A stretch of DNA of 35,372 bases from a virus (taxonomy: Duplodnaviria > Heunggongvirae > Uroviricota > Caudoviricetes). This document shows, one piece after another, positions 1 through 9,286 of the stretch. How positions within the stretch are numbered: the first letter of the stretch is position 1; every line of letters begins with the position of its first letter. The DNA lies in IMG/VR virus record IMGVR_UViG_3300029533_000034; one strand, given 5' to 3'. The position numbers were made by a program, and so were the translations under genes. The notes under the pieces were generated by a model that worked only from the letters and a program-made list of their open reading frames with translations, made no database searches and was not told the DNA's origin.

Positions 1-1
1 A

Positions 2-196
2 GAAGAACTCGCCAATGCTGGGTATAACACAAGCCGACTCAGAAAGGAAAAACTGTTCACCGAGAGCACGATCCAAAGGTTCAGGCATGGTGGTGTGCTA
101 AGTTTAAAGTCATTGGACCGTCTTTGCTGTTTGCTTAAAGTGCAGCCAGGAGATATAATCGAATATGTTGATGATAAAATAAACTATAACATATGA
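2..196 (+). CDS. Cro/C1-type HTH transcriptional regulator (HTH_26/YozG-like), 5'-truncated by window edge
   Basis: Manual translation from nt 2: EELANAGYNTSRLRKEKLFTESTIQRFRHGGVLSLKSLDRLCCLLKVQPGDIIEYVDD...TGA. The LxxLCxxLxxQPGDIIEY motif is typical of this family. Confidence 0.8.
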   Translation, partial: EELANAGYNTSRLRKEKLFTESTIQRFRHGGVLSLKSLDRLCCLLKVQPGDIIEYVDDKINYNI

Positions 197-625
197 TGTG
201 TCACTAATGCACAAATACACTACATAGCTGCTATGGCAGTGGTAGAAGGGAAGGACAAATGGGGGTAAGAATTACAGAAAATTTCATTCGTGAGACGTAG
301 GCCTTAAGAAAGTGCCTCTTATATAAGGATAATAGGGTCAACCAAACTCGGTTATTGAATAACCGGGCATGAGGAAGCGGTTATTCGGAGCTGCTGAATC
401 ATCCAGTCTGACTGGTGGCTGAGCAGAAGCATGGATGGATACGTGTCACAAGAATATCATGGGCTAAAGAAAATATGAATAGAGAGCCAATTAAGAGTTT
501 ATTAGCCCAACTATAGAGAATAATACAGTAGAAGGGTAATTGGGATTTCTGGAATGCCCATAAATATGGCGTTTCAGAGACTCAAAAAGCCAAGGAAAGA
601 CGGATTTGTTAAGGAGGTGACAACA

Positions 626-787
626 ATGGCATATTGCCAGAGATGTGGTGAATATTGTCAAGACCATTATACATATTGTAAGAGATGTTATTTTGAACTT
701 GGGCAACATTTGGATGTGATGCATGCTACGATCCACAAGGACCGCACATCAGATACTCGGTCATTCAATTGCCGAGTAGTTCACTGA
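626..787 (+). CDS. small Cys-rich zinc-ribbon-like protein (possibly a remnant)
   Basis: AAGGAGG RBS at 611-617 precedes ATG 626. MAYCQRCGEYCQDHYTYCKRCY contains two CxxC pairs. Confidence 0.5.
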   Translation: MAYCQRCGEYCQDHYTYCKRCYFELGQHLDVMHATIHKDRTSDTRSFNCRVVH

Positions 788-798
788 AGGAGATTTTT

Positions 799-1602
799 AT
801 GTTAGTAAAACTTATACCAGGATTAGAAAAATATGCTATGGATTCATCAAACGTAACGCTTTTACTTCTTGTAGTATTAGCGTCAATTGTTATCAAGGAT
901 ATTTTTGAGCAGAAAAAACTGTTGAAGGAGTATGAGGCTTTTTGGATATACCCTATTATAAGTGCTATATTGTTGATTGGCATTGCTCTAAGTCCGGATA
1001 TAACATCAGATTTATTTATGATACTTGAACTTCTCTATAGTGTAAAGTTGGGGGCGCGCCAATACGAGCTGCATAAGAAATCAAGGAACAGAATGGGGTC
1101 ATGTACGATTTATATACTCATATTGCCGGATAATACGGTAATTGTTGAAAAACCCATGTATGAAAATGAAATGCAGTTGTCAGGATGTATATTTTATAAT
1201 CCAGAATCCAAGAAATATGAAACTTATGGGACTGTATCGGATAAAACAATTACGAATGTAAGAGATAATGAGCCAGAACTATATAAAAAGATAGTCAATA
1301 ATGAGCCGGTTAATGCGCAGGATTGTCCTTTATCATGTGTATGGGAAAATAATATTCCAAAGGAACATGATGAGCTGCTGCAATACATAATCGAAGAGTG
1401 TGTTTATCTGTATTCAGATCAGCTTATAGAGTTTGGAGAGTACATGGATAAAGAGACAAATGTTATTTTCCAACTTTACGGGAAAAGAAATGATGCAGTC
1501 AGCATAACACTTGATGAGTATTTTTCAGCATTACCGATAAATGAAATTATAGACAAGATTAAGGCAGAGTTGAATAAACAGTCCTCAGAGAAAGACACAT
1601 AG
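799..1602 (+). CDS. hypothetical membrane protein
   Basis: AAGGAG RBS before ATG 799; N-terminal hydrophobic segments followed by a soluble domain. Confidence 0.65.
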   Translation: MLVKLIPGLEKYAMDSSNVTLLLLVVLASIVIKDIFEQKKLLKEYEAFWIYPIISAILLIGIALSPDITSDLFMILELLYSVKLGARQYELHKKSRNRMGSCTIYILILPDNTVIVEKPMYENEMQLSGCIFYNPESKKYETYGTVSDKTITNVRDNEPELYKKIVNNEPVNAQDCPLSCVWENNIPKEHDELLQYIIEECVYLYSDQLIEFGEYMDKETNVIFQLYGKRNDAVSITLDEYFSALPINEIIDKIKAELNKQSSEKDT

Positions 1603-2083
1603 GTTATAAAATAAATTGGAACATATCTGCCGGTGGGCGAGGCTGGTGAGACCGAGAGTGATCATGTTGGAAAACGTAGAAGAATTTAAAGAGGATGATT
1701 AAAAATGAATAGAAGAAAAGCCAAAAAGTGAAAGAATAACACCTATCTTTTATGTAGTAAGTATATTTACATTAAACCAAGTGAATGGAATAGAGTAAAA
1801 ATAAAAGTAAGCTGATAAAACGTAAATTTTTGGAGGGAAAAATAAGACAATAAGCGGCACGTATATGGACAGATGTGAGAATGGAGCGGTTGCAAGACAT
1901 CACAAATGACGAATGAATTTGTCCCCGTTTACATTCTGGAAAAATTCTTTTTGTTTTTTTACAGTTGCATCCCTTATGGGATGTATGGGTTGAAATGCAA
2001 TCAGGCTGCGGATGCTACCGGCTTGTTGCGCCTCATGAGGCGCATGGATGGAAACTGCAGAAAAAAGTGAAAAAAACAGACAG

Positions 2084-2117
2084 TAAAAAAGAGCTGCAGA
2101 TTTTTTGCAGCTCTTTT
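2084..2117. terminator. bidirectional intrinsic terminator
   Basis: AAAAAAGAGCTGCA-gattttt-TGCAGCTCTTTT inverted repeat just past the stop of the 2130-2972 gene. Confidence 0.7.
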
Positions 2118-2129
2118 GCGTGTCCGCGG

Positions 2130-2972
2130 TTAAGCGTACATTTTCTCCATGATTTTTCTGATATTTTCCTTCTTCTTCCCAGATACTCCAGGGAGCCCGG
2201 TCATCAGGAAATCAAACATCTCATCCTGACGGCCGCCTGTGGAATAGAGCATGTATCCAACCAGTTCCTCTTCCTTTGCGGTTTCGAGGAATTTCTGGAG
2301 GGCAAGCGCACCTGCATTTTCTCCAGTTTCCGCTTCTGCTTCAAGTACATACTCGTTGCAGGAGCCATACCAGTTGATGTAAAGCCGGACGAAAGTATCT
2401 GGTGTTTGATACAAGAGGACTTCCATCTGGCTGATCGCCTCCTGGCAGGTAATATTACGTCCAGAGTCAGTGTCAGCGAAAAAGTACCAGTTTCCGCGAT
2501 ACTTGAATTCGTTAGTAGAGAGATCGTAACCTTGGATAAGCTTTTGGCCTTTCCGTGGTCCATCAAGATACCCGGACCCATCTGGGAACTTGTGCCAGAT
2601 GCAGTTCGGGAAAATCTCAGATACATAGTCTGTTGCCCTCATATCTTCCGGAATTTCCTCTGGATCCATATGGCGGAATACCAGCACCTTAAGATCTCCC
2701 AGCTCGAATTCGTCATACGAGCTGCACCTGGAATCGGAGCGGGTGTTGAAGATGAGAAAACTCAGCTTGTCAAGCAACTCCTTGTTTGACAGGTTGTATC
2801 CGAGAGCTTTCGCTCCCTGAAAGTTCATGTAACCGGAAACTTTTTCCTTTCGGTCATGTGACGGCAGCTCAAGCGGGATCGCACCGGATGCCTCACTGTT
2901 GTCAATTCTGATTAAAAGATCCTCGTTTACTTCCTTTTCCTGGAGGATAATATCATATCTTGCGTATTTCAT
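2130..2972 (-). CDS. hypothetical protein (280 aa)
   Basis: Long ORF with GAAAGGAGA RBS, a motif-A copy at 3003-3023 and a downstream terminator. Confidence 0.8.
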   Translation of the reverse strand: MKYARYDIILQEKEVNEDLLIRIDNSEASGAIPLELPSHDRKEKVSGYMNFQGAKALGYNLSNKELLDKLSFLIFNTRSDSRCSSYDEFELGDLKVLVFRHMDPEEIPEDMRATDYVSEIFPNCIWHKFPDGSGYLDGPRKGQKLIQGYDLSTNEFKYRGNWYFFADTDSGRNITCQEAISQMEVLLYQTPDTFVRLYINWYGSCNEYVLEAEAETGENAGALALQKFLETAKEEELVGYMLYSTGGRQDEMFDFLMTGLPGVSGKKKENIRKIMEKMYA

Positions 2973-3091
2973 GGTTTTTCTCCTTTCGATGTTTAAAAAT
3001 CGGTTTACATCTTCAATATGAAATAAAAAAAAGACACGGCCAAAGCCGCGCCATGAGTTGATTTTGTATGTGTGATGGATTTTTATCTGGA

Positions 3092-3289
3092 TTACCTGGT
3101 GGTGCCAGATTGGGAAACTTTTTGCACTTCTTCGAATGTCACGCCTGGGAAAGATGCAAAACAGGTTGTTGGCAGAGCGTTATTAATCTCAACGACTTTA
3201 AGAAGTTTCCCGTCTTGTTCGACCACGGAACCAATTTTGAATTCCTCTTTTAATTCTTCAACAGATGCCATATATTCTTTCGTAATCAT
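3092..3289 (-). CDS. small hypothetical protein (MITKEYMASVEELKEEF...)
   Basis: GAAAGGAGA RBS and a motif-A copy at 3317-3337 directly upstream. Confidence 0.6.
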   Translation of the reverse strand: MITKEYMASVEELKEEFKIGSVVEQDGKLLKVVEINNALPTTCFASFPGVTFEEVQKVSQSGTTR

Positions 3290-3377
3290 GCATTTTCTCC
3301 TTTCAGATATGTTTTTGTTTACATCTTCAATATGAAACAAAAAAGACACGGCCTGAGCTGCGCCCTTTTTGTCATCG

Positions 3378-4150
3378 AAAAACTAAGCTGGAAGCTGCCG
3401 CGTCTTCGCGTGCAGATCAGTTAGCGATGGATGCCTGATCGGGTGGCCCCGGCATTGGGAATGCAGCCACGCGGTTGCGCATCAGGTGTTGTGGTATCCA
3501 ATGGTGCTTCGCCTCTGTTTACCAGCTCCTGCCTCAGCTTCCACGAAAACGCATCCGGGAACCGGATGCCCGCAGTTGATTGTATCTTCAGTCAGCGAGT
3601 CCATGCCCCAGAAAAACGGGTATGGAAGCACGCAACCTCGGTCGTGTGAGACTTCACTGCCATCCATATCAAACATAAATTTTCCTCCATTTTCTCATAA
3701 AAATTACAGATCCCCGGTTTTTTGTTGTGCGCCGCACGGCTTCTTTTATAGTTTCCTGTGCGGGAAATTGTACAGAATGGAAGCGCGGGCGGTACGACTT
3801 TTGAAGCCGTCTGGAGCGGGGCACGGGGCGCGTATCCTGTTTTTCTTACTTTCCGCCCCATTTTCCTATGAGTTTCTGCCCCGCTGCCTGTCATACTTTT
3901 TGCCTCCGCTCTTTACCCTGTTTCCTGCTTTGTGCGGCTTGTGGTACTGTTTTAGTGGTACTGTTTCCAAAAAAAACGCAGTCCCGTCCCAGGAAGTGAT
4001 ACTACTTTGCGTGGTGACTTTGTTTCGAGGTGATACTATTTTCCAAAAAATCTGTAGAAAATCCAGTAAAACATAAGGGCACCCGCGGAAACCGGCCGTC
4101 ACAAAAAACTAAGCTGGAAGCTGCCGCGTCTTCGCGTGCAGATCAATTAG
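3378..4150 (+). repeat. 47-bp direct repeat pair (3378-3424 and 4104-4150)
   Basis: AAAAACTAAGCTGGAAGCTGCCGCGTCTTCGCGTGCAGATCA is identical over 42 bp, followed by (G/A)TTAG. Confidence 0.9.
3482..3676 (-). CDS. possible small hypothetical protein
   Basis: GGAGG RBS upstream of ATG; no recognisable motif; lies between the 47-bp repeats. Confidence 0.3.
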   Translation of the reverse strand: MFDMDGSEVSHDRGCVLPYPFFWGMDSLTEDTINCGHPVPGCVFVEAEAGAGKQRRSTIGYHNT

Positions 4151-4647
4151 AAACCAGCTTCCGTACAGAAAGAAACCCTTCTGCCAAGAAAACAACGCAG
4201 AATTTTCCAATACCAGCTTTCCAAAGCCCCAGAAGAGTACAGCAGGAGAGCAGCCTTTCGGTGGAAAATAGTATCAGTAAAACAGGCCGGAGTAAAGAAA
4301 ACAACAAAAATGGTATCACTAGAAGAACAGAAAATAGTATCATCTCAAAAATAGTTTTAGTAAACCAGCTCCCACATACCGATAAGGAAATATCCGGATA
4401 AAGACAGATTACTGCTGATACTATTTCCCGTACAGATACTTACTGCGCATGGATACCTCCTGATACTATTTTCCATATCCGTCCCCGCGCATTTCCCCCA
4501 CACCTGCTGATACTATTTTTCAGTGATACTATTTTAAACCCATCGAATTCGAGTGGTTTAGGCAAATACTGTAAGGACTAGGGCAGAAGCACAGAAAATA
4601 CAAGAAAACCGGGTGATACTACTATTCCTTTATAAATCCGTCCAAAT

Positions 4648-5667
4648 AGTATCACCTTTGTGGTATTGGATAGTATCACCTTATTGGTACTATATAGTAT
4701 CACCCGTATGATACTAAACAAAAGGAAAACATACAGATCCTGTCGCTTTCGTATCAACTTGCTGATATTAAACAGTATCACCTTATTGATACTAAGCAGT
4801 ATCACCCGTATGGTATTCTTTTTCTTTCCCATTTTCTCCCTGGTTCCACGCAAGCCTGTGAAATAAGTATAGGAAGCGGCAGACAGGGGAGGGTGGGAGT
4901 ATTTTTTATGTTCAAAAGTACCAACTTACTGATACTAAACAGTATCACCTTTATGGTACTGAATACAGAAACGACCGTGGCAATCCATTTTAGTATCATC
5001 TTGTTGGTACTATGTAATATCACCTTACTGATACTATGTAGTATCACCTTACTGATACAAATCTTACCGCAAGAACGCGAGAAAGCAGGAATGACAGGAA
5101 TAACAGGACAAAACAGGGATACACATTGAACATAAGGGGAGGGGATGGGAAGTAAAAAGAAAACAAAAGTATCACCTTAGTGGTACGGTGTAGTATCACC
5201 TTACTGGTATGGCACCGGGCAGAGGACAGAGAAAACGTGTGGAGTACGTGGGACAGACATGGAAGAAGCAGGGGTTCCGGCGGTCATCTGCTGCGTTTAT
5301 TCCGGGCAGAGCCGGCCTGACCGCCTTATGATACTGCAGGTGCTGGTGCTTTGCGGCGCATGTACAGTACAAATGTGCTTGTGTGGCGCCGCAGAAGGGT
5401 GAATGCGGGAAGAAAAAGGGAAAGGTAAGAAAGAATACCGTAAAAGTTCATAAGGACGTGCAAGAATACAGCACGGACAAAACGTGTGGGGCGCGAGAAC
5501 GCAAGAATGCAAGAATGCAAGAAATAGTATCACCAATGTGGTATCACTTAGTATCAGTAAGGTGATACCGTTACTGGTACTGGAAATACAGGAGGACATG
5601 GGAAGATCAGGGATGGTACTGGGAAACCACCTTGGAATGTGTAAAATAGTATCACCAAGGTGGTATG
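4648..5667. repeat. array of 16 imperfect palindromes AGTATCA-N6-TG(A/G)TACT in clusters with a 24-bp period (iteron/centromere-like)
   Basis: Units start at 4648/4672/4696, 4750/4774/4798, 4917/4941, 4992/5016/5040, 5168/5192, 5526/5550 and 5648. Further half-sites (TGATACTATTTT / AAAATAGTATCA) are scattered over 3995-4625. Confidence 0.9.
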
Positions 5668-6277
5668 TTTCCGTGGCGCGATACAGAGCGTACAGAGCGT
5701 GAGTACTGCACAAGGGAACAACGCGAGAATGCAAGAAAAGAATTCGGGCAGGGAACCTGTAGTGTGGGTAGCAGATGTGAGGTGTGAGGGCGTGGATTGC
5801 AGGCAGAATACAAGAACGCAAGAATGCAAGAAATGTGCTAAAGTGGAGGAAATACTTTATCTGTACGGTGTGAAAATGTATAGAGGTGGAGAAAAAGATG
5901 GAAATATAGGGGGAAAGTGGAGGATGTTTCCGTAAACTTCTTAATGCGTGGAGTGGTGTGGGCGCGGACTTATGTACGGTGGTTTTATAACTGAGCGCGG
6001 GTAAGTGGACTGTGGTGCAGTGTGAGGTTAGCGCGGACTTATTGTGCAGGAAGTACTGGGCGGAGCGCGGGCAGGGTGAACACAAGAGTGCAAGAGCGTT
6101 AAAACGTTAAAACGTGAAAGCGCAAGAAAAGCTTCGTGGAAGAAAAAAGGGGATAAATGTGGGGTGAGATGTGAGAGGGGAGGGGTGATGTGAAAACAGG
6201 GTTCCGTGGGACCGATGGCAGATGAGAGGTGCGGATGGAGGATTGGGAGGAAAGCAAGAAGGCGAGAAAGCAAGAAA
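5069..6277 (+). repeat. strand-biased short tandem octamers GC(A/G)AGAAN
   Basis: Runs at 5069-5092, 5493-5524, 5723-5738, 5810-5833, 6082-6097 and 6254-6277, plus singles at 5460 and 6122. Confidence 0.75.
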
Positions 6278-6383
6278 GTACTGGGGGCAAAGTCCTATAG
6301 CACCTAATACTTTGCCAAAGTCCTGTCGCAAACTTTTTTTTATTTCATATTGTGGTTGCAGGGGTAAGGAGGGAGAATAAAAT

Positions 6384-7439
6384 ATGTCTTCAGTTAACTG
6401 GGGCGGCAATCACGGAAGTGCAAAATGCAGCAAAAAAGATCATATCCGCGGAGTAAATCTTTTAAAACATTGTGATCAGACATTCCGAGCTGATCCAACA
6501 AAACAGCACAGCAATATCGAGATTGATCCGTCAAAGTCATATCAGAACCAAAACTTCACAGGAATGTCATGGAAGGAATCAAGGGGAAAATGGGAAAAAC
6601 GTCTTGCGGAACTGGATAGAACAACAAATACAAACAAAAGGGATGACCGGATTGAAATGACAAGTCTGGAAATGCCGGTACCGCTTGGAATGACAAATGA
6701 AAAAGCAAAGGAGTTGTTTCAAGATTTTTACGATATGTGCCGGGAAAAATTCGGGGATGAGAATATCATCAGCGCAACAAGCCACTTTGATGAGATCGCT
6801 CCTTACACGGATGCGAAAGACGGAATGATTAAAGTATCCAGACCTCACATTCACATTCAGGTTGTTCCGGAGGTAAATGGAAAATTAAGCAACAAGGATT
6901 TCTCTTCCCTGACCAATATCCTGAAAATGAACCAGGCAGTTGAAAAGCTGTGCAACGAAAAGTACCACGTAAGATTTAACACAGGGGAAACCCCAAGGCG
7001 GCAGAGTACGGAACATCTGAAAAAGAATTCCCGGTATGCAGAGAAGCTTACGAAGGAAGTAAACCAGAGACAGGAATATATGAAAAATATAATCCTTGAT
7101 GACGGACGGACCGCGGAAGATGATTTTATGGATGGCGGTGATGGATCGGTTGTAAATGAGGAAAAGAATAAAATTCCAGAAGAGTTGGTGAAGCAGAGAG
7201 ATGATGCTTACAGAGAGAAAAATGAACAGGGAAAAATTCTTAAGCAGATGCAGGAGGAGAATGAAAGATTAAAACGGGAAATCAAGGAACGTGACTACAA
7301 AAGGAAATGCATCGAAAAAGGGATTGAGTTGCAGAAAAACGGGGAATCGATACGTGAAGAATTGCATTCACTTTTAAGTAATCTTGAGGAAACAGGACGG
7401 GAGGAACTTGATTTTACGGAAGATCTTGACAGATCCTGA
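6384..7439 (+). CDS. MOB-V family relaxase / plasmid recombination enzyme (Mob_Pre)
   Basis: N-terminal KHCD...HSNIEIDPSKSYQN; HUH motif HFDE...PHIH; coiled-coil C-terminus; GGAGGGAG RBS. Confidence 0.85.
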   Translation: MSSVNWGGNHGSAKCSKKDHIRGVNLLKHCDQTFRADPTKQHSNIEIDPSKSYQNQNFTGMSWKESRGKWEKRLAELDRTTNTNKRDDRIEMTSLEMPVPLGMTNEKAKELFQDFYDMCREKFGDENIISATSHFDEIAPYTDAKDGMIKVSRPHIHIQVVPEVNGKLSNKDFSSLTNILKMNQAVEKLCNEKYHVRFNTGETPRRQSTEHLKKNSRYAEKLTKEVNQRQEYMKNIILDDGRTAEDDFMDGGDGSVVNEEKNKIPEELVKQRDDAYREKNEQGKILKQMQEENERLKREIKERDYKRKCIEKGIELQKNGESIREELHSLLSNLEETGREELDFTEDLDRS

Positions 7440-7524
7440 TGTGGCAGACTGGTCAAGCGAAAGAAATAATAATACATATTGTTGTTATCCGGATATCCGG
7501 AGGAAATTACAGGAGGAATGACAG

Positions 7525-9168
7525 ATGGAAGAAGCAAACAAAGTGGTGAACAACATAATAAAAACTCTTGATCCAATGGCAAGCGTGATTGTCGGGACAG
7601 TTACAGGATCAGTCGATACACTTTTAAGACATTTAACAATGGTGCAGAAGTTATCTATGCTTTTGCAAGAAGCAGAGATGGCAAATAAAGACCTGCTGGA
7701 CAAACTGGCGAAACAGAGCATGGATGTGGAAACGTTCAAACAGGACAAGCAGGATGAGATCCAGAGGGAGACAGGGTTGTCCGTTGTAGAAGCGGAAGAT
7801 CTTGCAATTAAAGAAGCCGATAAATACTGGGTTGAGAAATATGGTGACTCGATCGGATTCGTACAGTTGGACAACAGGGACTGCTTCAATTTTGAAAGGG
7901 AAATGGCGGCAGGTCATATGCCATTTGTCATGATGCCAGTCCATGCACAGGATTACACTTCGATCTATATGGTATCCGGCGACAACATGGAACAGATTAT
8001 GGATATCGCAACAAAATTTGAAAGTCAGACCTTATTCATGGATGCAGACAAGGCAAATGATCTTATGAATGACAGCTTTGTCCGTCAGATGGAAAATCTT
8101 TCTTATCCACAGATGCAACAGGTCCAGCTTATTCTCGCAGGAAAAGGAATTGCTTCCCGGATCAGGGAAGACCCGAACAAGAACCTTTTTCTTGTGTCAG
8201 AAAAAGATATTGGTTCTCCGGAAAAAGAAAAAATCTTCAATGAAGCGGTCGGGGTTGTAGCTTTACAGAAGACAACAAAGCTTTACAAAGCGATGGAGCA
8301 GGTTCAGGCTGTCAATATGAAAGCGTTCGAACCGATTAGCCGGATCATGGACGGCGAAAAAGTAAAGGGCATTACGATTTATGACTCCGCACATCCGGAA
8401 AATTATATTGTCCTCAGAACGGGAGGAGCGATCGTATATAAGAATCAGGCGATTGAAAAAGAACTGAATTTTGCAAATCCGGAATGCGTCAAAGAGCTGC
8501 AGGATACATTCCATTTCTATGTCTGTCCCGCTTCGACAGAAGGAAGAATACAGGAATTTTCATTAAGAGAACTTGCAAAGCCGTATGTATCTTTATCTAT
8601 AATTGAGCAGATGAACGGGATCCAGAAAGACTACATGGAACATCTTTTTGAAAACGGGGATTTGAAGCTTCATATGGAGCCGGACTCAAAGCGGAAGCCA
8701 TATATGGAAATCAGAAACATGGAAAATGATTCGTTGATGGAATACAATGGGAATTCTTCATATATGGCCGGGATTATTGAAGCCGGACGTTATCGTGTGA
8801 TGGAAGAAGTTGGAATTTTGAATATCACGGATGACAGCGACAACACCGTGACGGCATTAACCAATAATATCGAGATGGATTCTTCAAACATGCAGGGATT
8901 TGTTGATAAAGTCCGCACGGATCTTTCTTCCGTTTCCCTTACTTCACAGATGTATGAAATGGAAGTACCTGCGGTCGATGAGGGTCGTGCAGACATTACG
9001 ATTGAGGACCGCGAGCAGGATATCGACTATGGTAACGGTGATTACGGCAGCCGATTCAACGATGATCCAGACTATGACATTAACAGACCGGTAAGAGAAG
9101 AGCCGGATATAGAAGAGAGTCCGGTTATGGATGATATCGAGGATTTTGATCTGTCGGATGAATTTTAA
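7525..9168 (+). CDS. hypothetical protein (547 aa, acidic C-terminal tail)
   Basis: Long ORF with AGGAGG RBS, followed by a terminator. Confidence 0.8.
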   Translation: MEEANKVVNNIIKTLDPMASVIVGTVTGSVDTLLRHLTMVQKLSMLLQEAEMANKDLLDKLAKQSMDVETFKQDKQDEIQRETGLSVVEAEDLAIKEADKYWVEKYGDSIGFVQLDNRDCFNFEREMAAGHMPFVMMPVHAQDYTSIYMVSGDNMEQIMDIATKFESQTLFMDADKANDLMNDSFVRQMENLSYPQMQQVQLILAGKGIASRIREDPNKNLFLVSEKDIGSPEKEKIFNEAVGVVALQKTTKLYKAMEQVQAVNMKAFEPISRIMDGEKVKGITIYDSAHPENYIVLRTGGAIVYKNQAIEKELNFANPECVKELQDTFHFYVCPASTEGRIQEFSLRELAKPYVSLSIIEQMNGIQKDYMEHLFENGDLKLHMEPDSKRKPYMEIRNMENDSLMEYNGNSSYMAGIIEAGRYRVMEEVGILNITDDSDNTVTALTNNIEMDSSNMQGFVDKVRTDLSSVSLTSQMYEMEVPAVDEGRADITIEDREQDIDYGNGDYGSRFNDDPDYDINRPVREEPDIEESPVMDDIEDFDLSDEF

Positions 9169-9183
9169 TATTTTGAATTTTAC

Positions 9184-9219
9184 AAAGAGATGCCGCTTAT
9201 GTGGCGTCTCTTTTTTTTT
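9184..9219 (+). terminator. intrinsic terminator
   Basis: AAAGAGATGCCGC-ttat-GTGGCGTCTC followed by T9. Confidence 0.75.
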
Positions 9220-9286
9220 GTGTGGTTCTTTTCTCATTTCATATTGATTGTGTAAACAAATTGCTACAGTTTGAAAGGAGAAGCAA

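Noticed and set aside
1965..2789. 274-aa + strand ORF
   Set aside because: Antisense shadow of 2130-2972, which has the RBS, motif A and terminator; it also runs through that terminator.
4648..5667. CRISPR array
   Set aside because: Units abut with 4-bp gaps, there are no unique 30-40 bp spacers, repeats are degenerate and no cas genes are present.
3431..6409. Numerous ORFs in the repeat block (e.g. 3486-4076, 5297-6085, 4578-4853)
   Set aside because: Low-complexity translations driven by the repeats (SITLL/KVIL) and strand bias; no RBS or protein motifs.
7472..7492. Possible 14th motif-A copy (ATACATATT-gttgt-TATCCGG) before the 547-aa gene
   Set aside because: Only the left arm matches, so it is not counted.
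8103..8111. DnaA box TTATCCACA
   Set aside because: Single copy inside a coding sequence, and none seen in the candidate origin block.
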